Part shown: positions 8,812-19,210 of the stretch, piece after piece | Numbering within the stretch: position 1 is the first letter of the stretch | Layout: each line of letters begins with the position of its first letter | Source: Candidatus Latescibacterota bacterium | Lineage (GTDB): Bacteria > Latescibacterota > UBA2968 > GCA-2709665 | Direction of reading: 5' to 3' | NCBI GenBank assembly: GCA_965237675.1 | Contig: OZ250150.1 | Location: forward strand, 768,001 to 832,000 | DNA: 64,000 nt | Notes under the pieces: generated by a model | Told to the model about the DNA's origin: nothing | Seen by the model: only the letters and a program-made list of their open reading frames with translations | The model's database searches: none | Position numbers and translations under genes: made by a program

Positions 8812-9513
8812 ATGCGAATCGAGCCGGAAATCAGTGGCGTAACTGTCGTCTTACTAGGCGATTTCAACCCGGCAATTTTCACACCGGCATGGTTCGCACT
8901 GCACGGCCTCCTCCCCGAAAGCGTCGTCGAGGACGCCGACTTGCAGATCGCCCACCCGCATGTGACGCAATTCGCGGCCGACTGGCTTCGCCTGCACGTC
9001 ACGGCCGCTCGTTTTCTCGTCGAGACCTTGCAGTCACCACACGTTCGCCTGCGCGACCTCGTCGCACGGACATTCAAGGAGTACCTGCACCATACGCCCG
9101 TTAGGGCGTTTGGAATCAACCGTGACGTTCATTTCCGGGTGAAGAGTTTCGCGGAACGGGATCGAATTGGCAGGATACTGGCGCCCGTTAAACCTTGGGG
9201 GACTTGGGGGCACGCTCTCGGACTGGATGGCGAGAATAATGGTATGAGGTCGCTAACGATGTCGCAAATGGACCCCGGGGGAAGGCCATCCGGGGGTAAA
9301 ATCAACATTACGATCCAGCCGTCCAATAAAATTGACAAGGCTCGACCTGGTGTCTACGTGGGAGTCAACGATCACTATGCTATCGAGGATTCCGAGTTGG
9401 AAACGGCCAAACATTTGATGGATCTATTCGATGGCAATTTTGAGACCTCTCTTCAGCGTAGCGACGGCATTATTGACCACATCATGTCCTTAGCAGAGAA
9501 AGAGGAGAAATAG
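8812..9513 (+). CDS. Hypothetical protein (possibly TIGR04255-like), gene 1 of three-gene operon
   Basis: GGAGA RBS; conserved-looking VVLLGDFNPAIFTPAWF, HTPVRAFGIN and VNDHY motifs. Family assignment is from recall only. Confidence 0.8.
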   Translation: MRIEPEISGVTVVLLGDFNPAIFTPAWFALHGLLPESVVEDADLQIAHPHVTQFAADWLRLHVTAARFLVETLQSPHVRLRDLVARTFKEYLHHTPVRAFGINRDVHFRVKSFAERDRIGRILAPVKPWGTWGHALGLDGENNGMRSLTMSQMDPGGRPSGGKINITIQPSNKIDKARPGVYVGVNDHYAIEDSELETAKHLMDLFDGNFETSLQRSDGIIDHIMSLAEKEEK

Positions 9514-9516
9514 CTC

Positions 9517-10122
9517 ATGTTGCCTGCGGCTCGATCCACAGCGATCCAACACGCCAATTGGCATGAAGGCCTGACTGATATTGATGAAGATGCCGTGAGT
9601 CAAAGCGTCGTCCCGAATGCGCACCAAGCCATCCGCTCCGCCGTAGAGCAAAGCACGAACTCAGCGACAACAAGCGTCAATGCCCAAGATCCGGAAGCGG
9701 TGACGATGCCACTATTTAACAATCGTGAACAGGCCGGCGATCTACTCTCCGGTATAGTTTTGCTGCTCGAACCGCAAGAACACCGTCCTGCGCCTGTGAC
9801 CTTCCACGCCTTACAAGAATGGGAAGGCTACGTCACTGAGATTAAGGAAACGGAGTTCACAGCACGCCTGACCGACCTGACGTCCGGGGCGAATTATGCG
9901 AGCGAAGAAGCGAATATACCGCTGGACGAAATATCTGAAGACGACGCGGCCAAGATGCAGGTCGGTAGCATCTTCCGCTGGGTAATCGGCTACGAGCGCA
10001 GGGGGGGTTCGAAAAAGCGGGTTTCCCAGATCGTGTTGCGCGACCTTCCCATGATCACGAAGTCCGACCTGCGAGATGGGCGGGAATGGGCACATAGTAT
10101 CGTAGCGACTTTCCAGCAATGA
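9517..10122 (+). CDS. Hypothetical protein, gene 2 of three-gene operon
   Basis: Starts 3 bp after gene 1. Low-complexity N-terminus, then a beta-rich domain LQEWEGYVTEI...FTARLTD...GSIFRWVIGY. Confidence 0.8.
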   Translation: MLPAARSTAIQHANWHEGLTDIDEDAVSQSVVPNAHQAIRSAVEQSTNSATTSVNAQDPEAVTMPLFNNREQAGDLLSGIVLLLEPQEHRPAPVTFHALQEWEGYVTEIKETEFTARLTDLTSGANYASEEANIPLDEISEDDAAKMQVGSIFRWVIGYERRGGSKKRVSQIVLRDLPMITKSDLRDGREWAHSIVATFQQ

Positions 10123-11213
10123 CGGATGCCGCCACATCGTTAGACCGGCCGGGTGAGGACGAGATTGAGGTTGTTTTACTTGGACCCGGTTATGGCGAAA
10201 GCATCGTCCTGCATACAGGCCATGGTAGTTGGGTGATCGTTGATTCCTGCATCAACACCGAAGGAAAACCACGCGCGCTAGAGTACTTAGACAGCATTGG
10301 TGTCAACGCGGGGCAACAGGTTGATTTGGTTGTAGCGACGCACTGGCACGACGATCATATACGTGGGATGGCAACCCTCGTCGAGGTCTGCAGCAGGGCT
10401 GACTTCTGTTGTGCAAACACACTCCTCAACAAGGAGATTCTCGCAGCCATCGACGCTTTGGAGGCACGTCACCTAACCGTGGAAGGTTCAGGCGTTCGAG
10501 AAATCTACCACATTCTTAAATGGCTTCAGTCGAAGTCGTTTCGACCGAAGTTTGCGTCGGCCAATCGAAAGATTCATTCACAAGGCAAGTGTGAAATCTG
10601 GTCTTTGTCGCCGAGTGACGCCGCGTTTCAGAGTTTTCTGCAAACGGTCGGCGCTCTATTCCCCAGAGAAGGTGAGACGAAGACCCGGATTCCATCCATT
10701 TCCCCGAACGATTTTTCCGTCGTCCTGTGGATCGATATTGACGATGTTGTCGTCCTGTTAGGATCGGATCTGGAAAGAAATGGATGGATTGAAATACTGA
10801 ATAGCAGGGAACGTCCGAAAGAGAAAGTGTCGGTATTTAAGGTTCCACACCACGGATCAGAGGGCGCGGATGAACCGAAGGTGTGGAAGAGTATGCTTGC
10901 GTCAGATCCGTACGCACTCCTCGCACCGTGGCGTAGAGGCAACCGCACCTTACCCAGCCAAAAGGATGTACAGAGGATACTTTCTTATACTCCAAACGCC
11001 TATGCGAGCGCGAAAGGGGATCGGACTGCTCGTTCTCCCAGATACGCCAATCGTGCGGTTGCCCGAACTATCCGAAGTACCGGAATCAAGCTTCGAGAGT
11101 TGGATATGTCGCCAGGCGCGATTCGCCTGCGGCGACCTATCAATTCGAGTAAACGCTGGCAGGTCGAGACGTTCGGAGCCGCCTGCCATCTCGAAGACTT
11201 TGCGGTTGAGTGA
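10119..11213 (+). CDS. MBL-fold metallo-hydrolase (ComEC/Rec2-like putative nuclease), gene 3 of operon
   Basis: GYGESI, IVDSC, THWHDDH (HxHxDH), LLGSD and KVPHHGS motifs; ATGA overlap with gene 2. Confidence 0.9.
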   Translation: MTDAATSLDRPGEDEIEVVLLGPGYGESIVLHTGHGSWVIVDSCINTEGKPRALEYLDSIGVNAGQQVDLVVATHWHDDHIRGMATLVEVCSRADFCCANTLLNKEILAAIDALEARHLTVEGSGVREIYHILKWLQSKSFRPKFASANRKIHSQGKCEIWSLSPSDAAFQSFLQTVGALFPREGETKTRIPSISPNDFSVVLWIDIDDVVVLLGSDLERNGWIEILNSRERPKEKVSVFKVPHHGSEGADEPKVWKSMLASDPYALLAPWRRGNRTLPSQKDVQRILSYTPNAYASAKGDRTARSPRYANRAVARTIRSTGIKLRELDMSPGAIRLRRPINSSKRWQVETFGAACHLEDFAVE

Positions 11214-11460
11214 AGTATCTTCGACAAATGGCCACGGTCGATTGCCGACACCGGCCTTATTGGAGGCTCGCTTCCGCTCGCGTATGCTGAGCGCAAAGCG
11301 AGCACGTGCGATTTTTGGTTGAAATAGCAGAGACTTTTTGTTTGGGATCCGATTCTTAATCAGTCAGTATGCGCCGGCAAAGGATGAGATCGAAGCAAGG
11401 CCGACCGGATCGCTCGTGGGAGAAACGCCAGTAACCGTTGCCGCAAATGTTGTCTAATTG

Positions 11461-11497
11461 AAAAACAGCCGATCTCCTTTGGATCGGCCTTTTTTAT
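11461..11497. terminator. Bidirectional intrinsic terminator
   Basis: AAAAACA-GCCGATC-loop-GATCGGC-CTTTTTT between convergent genes. Confidence 0.7.
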
Positions 11498-11600
11498 TGA
11501 TTTGGCGTTGTTTAACCGAAGCGGATTCTATCATATTACACGGTAATACGATGTAACGCACCGGATTCTTGCGCCAGGAGCATGGAAATCTTTTCCTTCC

Positions 11601-12743
11601 CTACAGGCTGGCGTACGCCAGACCCAGAACGGCGATGATGCCTGTGGAGACGAGGCCCAGTGCAAAGGGGCGAACCCCTCCGGTCTTGAGCGCGCGGAAC
11701 TCGGTGATAAGGCCCACGGCTGCCATCGCTCCCGTAATCAGCCATTTGCCGGCGGACGCCAGCAGCAATCCCAGGTGGAATGTGCGGTCTCCGCCGCCGA
11801 GCAGGAAACGGTCCGTCATATGGACGGTGACTTCCGGTAGAAATCCCGTGGTTCTCAGAAACGCCAGCGCGAGGAAGAAGATGACAAACGTGGGAATCAG
11901 CCTGGCGTAGTTGACCCTTTGCCCCACGTAGACCTCCTGTTTGCGCCGCTGATGGGCGTACACCACGCCAAGAATAAAGAGCGCGGGACCAAGCAGTGAG
12001 ATCCGGGTGAGTTTGACAATTGTGGCGATTTCACCCGCGGACTGCCCGCCGGTGGGGTGGGCGAATCCGGCCGCGATGACCTGCGGCGTGGCGTGTATGG
12101 CCAGGCCGCACCATTCCCCGTAGGTCTCGGGTGACAGCAGAAGTAGCGTGCCCACGACCGGGAAAAGCAACATGGCCATGACGCCGAGCAGATTGACGGC
12201 GGCGATCGAAATCGCGATATCTTCTTCATCGGATTCAATAACAGGTGCGGCGGCAACGATGGCAGCGCTACCGCAGATGGCGGTGCCAATACCGATCAGC
12301 ATGGCCAGCTTGCGTTTGACGCTGACAAACCTGGACAGATACGGGGTCGCCAGAACGATGGCGGCGATGATGAACGCGGCGCCCACCAGAACCCGCATCC
12401 CGACCATCAGGAGGTTGTAGAAGTCCAGTCCAGCGCCCAGAAGGACGATGCCCATGGGCAGGATCCTTCTGATGACAAGGTCTGCCCCGGTCTTGAGCTG
12501 CGCGGTCGCGGGTATCAGGTTCCGAAGGATGAGGCCGAATAACAGAGCGAGGAGGACGGCGCTGATGGGGTGGCGGTTGTCGGACAGGGTGAACGGTGGG
12601 ACCGGATACTGGTGCAGGACGAACGCCAGCCATGTAAGCGCCGCACAGACCGCGATACCGGGCCAGGGGCTGGCGCGGTTCCACATGGCGAGTTTTTTGC
12701 GGAACTGTCTTTCGAAGGCATCTTCACGACGGCTAAGATCCAA
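11601..12743 (-). CDS. YeiH family putative sulfate exporter membrane protein
   Basis: GTAICGSAAIVAAAP and ATIVKLTR motifs, many TM segments. TTG start with GAAGGAG RBS (alternative ATG at 12686). Confidence 0.9.
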   Translation of the reverse strand: MDLSRREDAFERQFRKKLAMWNRASPWPGIAVCAALTWLAFVLHQYPVPPFTLSDNRHPISAVLLALLFGLILRNLIPATAQLKTGADLVIRRILPMGIVLLGAGLDFYNLLMVGMRVLVGAAFIIAAIVLATPYLSRFVSVKRKLAMLIGIGTAICGSAAIVAAAPVIESDEEDIAISIAAVNLLGVMAMLLFPVVGTLLLLSPETYGEWCGLAIHATPQVIAAGFAHPTGGQSAGEIATIVKLTRISLLGPALFILGVVYAHQRRKQEVYVGQRVNYARLIPTFVIFFLALAFLRTTGFLPEVTVHMTDRFLLGGGDRTFHLGLLLASAGKWLITGAMAAVGLITEFRALKTGGVRPFALGLVSTGIIAVLGLAYASL

Positions 12744-12775
12744 GCGTTCGGGTCTCCTTCGTTTATCCTTTGGGA

Positions 12776-13729
12776 CTACAACAGGACGCCGGTCTGGTAG
12801 TCCTTTTCCTGATTGAAGTACTCTTCCACGCTGAAGTAGCGGGTTCCCGTGTCGCACAGAATCGTGACAACGTTCTGACCCGGGTCGAGGCGTTCAGCGA
12901 CCTGTCGGGCCGCGACCACGGCCGCGCCGGAAGAGATACCCACGAGGAGAGACTCCTCTCTGGCCAGGGCCTGGGTCATATTGAAGGCCGCGCGGTCCTC
13001 CACGGAGATAACGTCATCGATGATGCCGCGGTTGAGAATGGCAGGGATAAACCCCGCGCCGATCCCTTCGATGGCGTGGGGGCCGTGCGATTTCCCGCTG
13101 AGCACCGCCGAGGCGGCCGGCTCGACGGCGACGATGCGGACGTTCGGAATGGCGCCCTTGAGGGCCTCGCCCGCGCCGGTTATCGTGCCGCCGGTGCCGA
13201 CACCGGCGACAAACGCCGCGATATTTCCTTCCACCGTCTCCAGGATCTCGGGACCGGTGGTCTTCCGGTGAACGTCCGGGTTCGCCGGGTTTTCGAATTG
13301 CCGGAGTTCGATGCAGTTGGGGTTCTGCGCAACGATCTCCCTCGCTTTTCGTACGGCGCCCGCCATGTCCTGGTCGCCTGGCGTCAGCATGACTTCCGCG
13401 CCATAGCGGGTCACGAGAGCGCGCCGCTCGAAGCTCATTGTCTCAGGCATCGTGAGAATGAGACGGTAGTTGAACTGTGCGCAAATCATCGCCAGTCCGA
13501 TGCCGGTATTTCCACTGGTAGCCTCCACGATGGCCATCCCGCGTTTCAGCCTGCCGGTTCGTTCGGCATCCCGGATCATACTCAGGGCGATGCGGTCCTT
13601 CACGCTGCCGCCCGGATTAAGGTATTCGAGCTTGGCGAGAATCGCGGCGGCGCCGGGCGGCGAGAGATTGTTGAGCCGGACCATCGGGGTCCGGCCGATG
13701 AGGTCCGCGATCCGGTTGTGCATTGCCAT
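12776..13729 (-). CDS. cysK: Cysteine synthase A
   Basis: IGRTPMV, KLEYLNPGGSVKDR (PLP lysine), EATSGNTG, GVGTGGT, GISSGA. Confidence 0.95.
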   Translation of the reverse strand: MAMHNRIADLIGRTPMVRLNNLSPPGAAAILAKLEYLNPGGSVKDRIALSMIRDAERTGRLKRGMAIVEATSGNTGIGLAMICAQFNYRLILTMPETMSFERRALVTRYGAEVMLTPGDQDMAGAVRKAREIVAQNPNCIELRQFENPANPDVHRKTTGPEILETVEGNIAAFVAGVGTGGTITGAGEALKGAIPNVRIVAVEPAASAVLSGKSHGPHAIEGIGAGFIPAILNRGIIDDVISVEDRAAFNMTQALAREESLLVGISSGAAVVAARQVAERLDPGQNVVTILCDTGTRYFSVEEYFNQEKDYQTGVLL

Positions 13730-14058
13730 GGGGTTGCTCCGGAAAAATATGAAGACGCGACCGGGCCGCGCCTGCCGCGAATTGCGGGTAGAGTACCAAG
13801 AATGACATGGGGTGTCATCGGGAAACGTGACCGGACCCGGCAGAAACCGGTCACCCAGTCCCGCTCGCCGGTCCAGGCGGAAAAACCGTGTCGTCGCGGA
13901 AAAGCCCACGTTCCATCGGGCAGCCGGTACGAATCGTTTCGGTCCACACGCGGCGCACAAAACAAGTCGTTTTTCTTTTTCCTTTTTCCCGTTTTCCTGC
14001 TTACTTTGCTCCTAAAGGGCACAATTCTCAATTCGACGGGAACGAAAGGAACTTTGAA

Positions 14059-17000
14059 ATGAAGACCGGTCGCACTTTACATGCGGAGGATGCGGTCCGC
14101 CGGATGAGGGACCACGTGGAGCGGTTTCCGGCTGCGAAGAAGATCGCGAATGAGATTGTCGACCGTGCGGAGGTCTGGGCGGAACTGGATGATGCCTTTG
14201 TTCGCGACCTGCCGCCCCCGGCGGACATATTTCGGGGGTTTCTGCCGTCGTTTGGCGGGTGTCCGGTTCACGGCGAGGCGGTTTTCCAGGCGCCGGGCGG
14301 GCCCTGGCAGGCGGATGTCTTCAACCGTCCGTGGAAAATAAAATGTTCCGTGGGCGGCGAGGAGTATCCTTCGAACGACTTTATGGCGTTTCACAGAACC
14401 GGAGACCGGTCCTTGCTTTCCGGCGACTATGCGGACGACGGGCTGGGGTGGGATCCTGGAGACGGACGACCCCGGTTCTGGTTCGTGGCGCACTACTGTT
14501 ACCGTCTATGGCACCGGTTGATTCCGGCGCTTCAGGATCTCGGGCGGGCGTACCTGATAACCGGAGACGCACGGTACGGCCGTAAGGGGGCAATCCTGCT
14601 GGACAGGATGGCCACGCTGTTTCCGACCATGGACCATGCCGCGCAGTCCTGGTACGGCCTGAACTATCAGAAGGGATATACGGGGCGTTTTCTGTACGCC
14701 GTTCAGGAGTCGTTTAATATCGGACTCTATGCCGAAGCGTACGACAATCTGTATCCGGCATTGCAGTCCGACAGTGAAGTGCATGCGTTTCTGGACAAGG
14801 AACCCGAAGCGTTGGTCCGGCACGTGGAAGACAATCTGGTGCGGCAGTCGGTGCGGGATATCTGGGAGGGCAAGATCCGGGGGAACTACGGGCTGCACCA
14901 GGCCTCGGCGGTGAAGGCGCTGGCGGTACTCGACGACGAGGCATTTACGGATTGGGCGATAAATAAACTCCAGGGGTACACGGGATGCGGACCCAACACG
15001 GAGGTATGGGCATACGGCGTGGAGGGATGGGATCACGCGCTGGACAATTTCCTGTTCCGAGACGGGGTGTCGTTCGAGGTGGCCATCGGGTACTCGGCGG
15101 GCTGCTGGACGCGGTATATGCTGGATACGGACCTGGTACTGAAACGGCTGGGCAAACGCCGGCTGCCGGGCGAACACGTGCGTTCGCTGGGAAGCTGGTC
15201 CCGAAGACTGGCATGCTGGGACGGAAAGTTGCCGGCAATCGCGGATACGGGCGCGGAGGTAACCTATCCTCAGTTGGACCTCTCATCGCTGCAGCGGTTC
15301 TTCAGGGGTTACGGATGGCCGGAGTACGCCCGTGCACTTTTGAACGAGGGCGTGACGGACGAAAACGGGTTCAGGAGTTACGACGATCTGTTCGAAGTAC
15401 CGCTGGCGAAAGCCGAACTGGAACGCGCCGCCGCGAAACTCCCGAAATGGCCCGAGGAAAGCGATAACCTGGGTGGGGTGGGATTTGTGATTCTGCGCAG
15501 CGGACGTGCGGAGAACCAGTTGGCGGCGGTGCTTCAGTACGGCCACGCCAACGCCGGCCACGCGCATCGGGACCGGTTGAACCTGGAGGTCATCGCGGGC
15601 GGCAAGAGGGTTGTGCCCGATACGGGCTATCCCACCCACGCCGCCGAACATCCGGACCCGCCGGCCTGGGAAAAGAATACCGTCAGCCACGTCACCGTGG
15701 TCGTGAACGAGAGCCGGCAGGATACGGCGGACGAAGGCCGCCTGGAACGGTTCGGAGCAACCCCTCGTGTGCAGCACGTGGAACTGTCGGCGCCGAGGGC
15801 CTACCTGGATGCCGACGTGTATCGACGCGGGGTGACGCTGTTGAACCTGGCGCCGGACCTGCAGATCCTGGTGGACCTTTTCCGCGTAAATGGCGGATGG
15901 GCGCACGACTATTCGTTTCATGGGTTCGATGGGACGTTCTCAACCTCGGGCGTCTCGTTTCAAGCGCAGAAGGGCGGCACCTTGGCGGGCCCGGACGTCC
16001 CGTTTCGAAAGCTTTACGACGATCCCGAACTGGAACGTCACGCCGCGATGCCGGGCCTGCCGGGGACAAAAAGCAAGCGCAGCTACCACTCGTACCGGGG
16101 CAGCGGCTTTTCCTACCTGTACGACGTGCATCGCGGGCAACCGTCGGGTGAATTCCGGGCCGAGTGGCGGGATGAGGAGATGGGATTGCGGATGATTGTG
16201 CCGGATGGGGTCGCTCAGGAGGTCGTTACGACCCATGGAAAACCGCCGGTCAGGCCGGGTGCGGCCGAACACCTGGACTATGTTCTGCTGCGGAATCGCG
16301 GAGACCGAGAACGAGGCGGCCTGAACAGTCTGTTCGCCGTTGTCTGCGAGGCGTATCGGAAAACCCCCAAGTTGACGGGTGTGAGGCGCCTGGACCTGGT
16401 CGCAGGCGAGGACGCAATCGGTTTGGAAATCTCCTGGAAGGGTGGAAAATGTTATCTGCTAAGCGGGTTGGAGGACGAGGGGAAATCCGTGTTCGAGGAC
16501 GGCATTGAACTGGACGGCGGTCTCGGGGTGCTGGCCCTCGACGCGAAGGGCCGTCCGTCATGGGCGTGTTTATCGGGAAAGAGGCTGGGAGCCGGCAACG
16601 TCGATGTCAAGGGCGCGGGCACCTGGCGAGGGCGGATTGCCGGAATGGACGCCGGGAACTGCCGGGTGACGGTAACGTCGGACGCCGGAGGCGCGCCCAG
16701 TGCGGGCGAGACGCTGATGGTGTCGAACCCACCCCACGCATGCAATTTCCCGGTGAGGTCGGTGGAGCCGGCGGGTGACAGTTGGTTGTGCACTCTGGAT
16801 GCGGAGCGGCTGCACATCGGGCGATTTGTGGTGGAGGCGGAAACCGACGACGGATTGCTGACGCGGACGTGGATTCACAGGGAGTGGGAGGATACGGAGG
16901 ACTCGGGATGTCACTATTTGAAGGGAGCTCGTTTGGCCTACAAGGGGCGGCTCCACACCATCGAGCGGGTGATACCGCGAGAGGAGGGCGGACACCGGCT

Positions 17001-17115
17001 GGTGCTTCGGGACGCAATTCCGTGGCCCGACGCGCCGGACGACATGCCGGTGATCTACGACCTGGGGCCGGGGGATTCGTGCGTTGTGCGGCCGATGGTG
17101 CTCGTGGAACTTTGA
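14059..17115 (+). CDS. Heparinase II/III-like polysaccharide lyase
   Basis: GHAHRDRL, DTGYP and NTVSHVTVVVN motifs; helical N-terminal half. AAGGA RBS. Confidence 0.8.
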   Translation: MKTGRTLHAEDAVRRMRDHVERFPAAKKIANEIVDRAEVWAELDDAFVRDLPPPADIFRGFLPSFGGCPVHGEAVFQAPGGPWQADVFNRPWKIKCSVGGEEYPSNDFMAFHRTGDRSLLSGDYADDGLGWDPGDGRPRFWFVAHYCYRLWHRLIPALQDLGRAYLITGDARYGRKGAILLDRMATLFPTMDHAAQSWYGLNYQKGYTGRFLYAVQESFNIGLYAEAYDNLYPALQSDSEVHAFLDKEPEALVRHVEDNLVRQSVRDIWEGKIRGNYGLHQASAVKALAVLDDEAFTDWAINKLQGYTGCGPNTEVWAYGVEGWDHALDNFLFRDGVSFEVAIGYSAGCWTRYMLDTDLVLKRLGKRRLPGEHVRSLGSWSRRLACWDGKLPAIADTGAEVTYPQLDLSSLQRFFRGYGWPEYARALLNEGVTDENGFRSYDDLFEVPLAKAELERAAAKLPKWPEESDNLGGVGFVILRSGRAENQLAAVLQYGHANAGHAHRDRLNLEVIAGGKRVVPDTGYPTHAAEHPDPPAWEKNTVSHVTVVVNESRQDTADEGRLERFGATPRVQHVELSAPRAYLDADVYRRGVTLLNLAPDLQILVDLFRVNGGWAHDYSFHGFDGTFSTSGVSFQAQKGGTLAGPDVPFRKLYDDPELERHAAMPGLPGTKSKRSYHSYRGSGFSYLYDVHRGQPSGEFRAEWRDEEMGLRMIVPDGVAQEVVTTHGKPPVRPGAAEHLDYVLLRNRGDRERGGLNSLFAVVCEAYRKTPKLTGVRRLDLVAGEDAIGLEISWKGGKCYLLSGLEDEGKSVFEDGIELDGGLGVLALDAKGRPSWACLSGKRLGAGNVDVKGAGTWRGRIAGMDAGNCRVTVTSDAGGAPSAGETLMVSNPPHACNFPVRSVEPAGDSWLCTLDAERLHIGRFVVEAETDDGLLTRTWIHREWEDTEDSGCHYLKGARLAYKGRLHTIERVIPREEGGHRLVLRDAIPWPDAPDDMPVIYDLGPGDSCVVRPMVLVEL

Positions 17116-17127
17116 TGGCAGCGAACT

Positions 17128-17240
17128 AATGTCCCGTCCCAGAAATATGTCACCATTCTTCCAACGATTCATCCCGTCTGACTGCGTTGCCTTCGCTCGT
17201 CGGCCGAATTTAGGCAATCTATTTCCGGGACAGAACACTG
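17128..17240. mobile_element. MITE family A copy 1
   Basis: Ends GTCCCGTCCCAGAAATATG and CTATTTCCGGGACAGAACAC; homologous to copies at 36.4, 46.4 and 55.8 kb. Confidence 0.75.
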
Positions 17241-17311
17241 GCTGAGGTTCGAAGTCCCTTTACCCGTTCATTTGAAACGACACAAAGACTTAGAGTTAAG
17301 GAGGGAAGCAG

Positions 17312-18346
17312 ATGACGCAGCGCGTGGGTGTGATCGGCCTCGGTATTATGGGCAATAGCGTGACGCAGGTCCTGCACCGGAATCCGCAGGTTGAGTTGGC
17401 GGCATTCTGCACGCTGGACGCCGAAAAGCTCCGCAAGGCACAGGCCGAATTTTCGGTTTCCGGCGGGTATGTGAATTATCACGAGATGCTGGAGAAGGAA
17501 ACGCTGGACATGGTCTACATCGCCACGCCGGACTGGGCCCACCGCGATCCGGTCATTGCCTGTCTGGAGGCGGGTTGTCACGTGCACGTGGAGAAACCGA
17601 TGACAACGGACCTGAGCGAGGCCACTGAAATCGTGGAGAAAGTGAAGAGCACCGGACTCAAGCTTCAGGTCTCGTATAACCACCGGTGGCTGGCGCCTTA
17701 CAATGCCACGTGGAATATGATCCGGGAGGGAGATATCGGCAAACCGCTGATGGGTTATGCGCGAAAAAACAATCCCATTTCCGTGCCGACGGAGATGCTG
17801 CCGTGGTCAGCGCGGTCTTCTCCCGCGTGGTTCCTGTCGGCGCACGATATCGACCTGATGTGCTGGTGGTTCGATCAGAGTCCGGTCGAAGTCCACGGCT
17901 ACGGAATCAAACAGGTGCTCGCGGCCAGGGGCATCGATACGTACGACATGCTGCAGGGGCTCGTGAAGTTCGACGGCGGATCCATCGCCACGTTCGAGTC
18001 GGCCTGGATCTACCCCAATACCCATCCGTCGATGCCGGATTCCTTCATGGAGGTGATCGGCGAGAAGGGCCATGTACACCTGGACCGGAAGGCCGAGGCG
18101 ATTGAGATGAGTACCGAGGAGAAGTTTAAATGGCCGCGGTCACTGCTGAATTACAAGGTGTTCGATAAATGGGTGGGCGCGTTTCCGTCTTGCGTGAACA
18201 GCTTTGTGGATGCCGTCATTGAGGACCGGACGCCTTTCGTGACGGCGTTGGACGGCTGGCGCGCGACGGCGGTACTGGAAGCGTGGCACCAGTCCGCGGA
18301 ACGAGGCGGCATCGTGCGGGTGGCGGATGCACCCGCGTGGCCGTAA
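17312..18346 (+). CDS. Gfo/Idh/MocA family oxidoreductase
   Basis: GVIGLGIMG, IATPDWAH, HVHVEKPM, HDID. Confidence 0.95.
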   Translation: MTQRVGVIGLGIMGNSVTQVLHRNPQVELAAFCTLDAEKLRKAQAEFSVSGGYVNYHEMLEKETLDMVYIATPDWAHRDPVIACLEAGCHVHVEKPMTTDLSEATEIVEKVKSTGLKLQVSYNHRWLAPYNATWNMIREGDIGKPLMGYARKNNPISVPTEMLPWSARSSPAWFLSAHDIDLMCWWFDQSPVEVHGYGIKQVLAARGIDTYDMLQGLVKFDGGSIATFESAWIYPNTHPSMPDSFMEVIGEKGHVHLDRKAEAIEMSTEEKFKWPRSLLNYKVFDKWVGAFPSCVNSFVDAVIEDRTPFVTALDGWRATAVLEAWHQSAERGGIVRVADAPAWP

Positions 18347-18361
18347 AAGGGGATCTGGACG

Positions 18362-19210
18362 ATGTCAAAACCAGAAAAGCGGATCGGGTTTGTGGATTAC
18401 AATCTGGAGAACTTTCATTCCAATGTCTACCTGAAGCTTCTCCGCAATGAACTGAAGCATCGGGGGTTTATCGTCGCCGGTTGTACGGGGATGCGCCCGA
18501 GAGCCGGCAGGACGTGGGCCGAGGCGAACGACGTGCCCTATTTTCCCGATGCGGCCGGGTTGAACGAGGCGGTGGACTATTTCATGGTATTGGCGCCGTC
18601 AACGCCGGAAACGCACCTTGAGCTGTGCAGACAGGTATTTCCATTCGGTAAGCCCACGTACGTGGACAAGACCTTCGCGCCGGACCTGCGAACGGCCAGG
18701 CGAATTTTCGCGCTGGCGGACAGGCATCGGGTGCCCATGCAGACGACATCCGCGTTGCGCTATACCGAGGTGCAGGACTATGTGGAGGAGGTCGGGCGCG
18801 GTCAGGTCCGGCACATGGTAACCTGGGGCGGCGGAAGGTCCTTTGCCGAGTACGCGATCCATCCGCTGGAATTGGCCGTCAGCTGTATGGGGCCAAGCGT
18901 GCACAGGGCCATGCGCCGGGGCGCCGGCAAACAATCCCAGTTGCTGCTGGATTTATCGGGCGGACGCACGGCCGTGGTGAATGTATATACCGGAGCGAGC
19001 ACACCCTACGCGGCTTCCGTGACCACCGCTGCGGCGACACGGCACTTCCAGGTCGACTCCGGTCGCATTTTTCTGAATACCGCGGATGCCGTGCTGGATC
19101 TGTTCGAGCTTGGGGAACCCGGAATCGACAGGAAAGAGACCCTGATCATTCGCAGGATTCTGGATGTCGCCGGACAGAAGCGGGCGCTGTCGGGCTTTGT
19201 GAGACTGTAG
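18362..19210 (+). CDS. Gfo/Idh/MocA-like oxidoreductase
   Basis: PTYVDKTFA, SALRY and YAIHPLE motifs. Confidence 0.8.
   Translation: MSKPEKRIGFVDYNLENFHSNVYLKLLRNELKHRGFIVAGCTGMRPRAGRTWAEANDVPYFPDAAGLNEAVDYFMVLAPSTPETHLELCRQVFPFGKPTYVDKTFAPDLRTARRIFALADRHRVPMQTTSALRYTEVQDYVEEVGRGQVRHMVTWGGGRSFAEYAIHPLELAVSCMGPSVHRAMRRGAGKQSQLLLDLSGGRTAVVNVYTGASTPYAASVTTAAATRHFQVDSGRIFLNTADAVLDLFELGEPGIDRKETLIIRRILDVAGQKRALSGFVRL

Noticed and set aside
13750-13960. SAM or other riboswitch upstream of cysK
   Set aside because: There is a hairpin (GTGACCGG...CCGGTCAC) and a repeated CATCGGG, but I could not find the SAM-I core motifs in order; an Rfam scan is needed.
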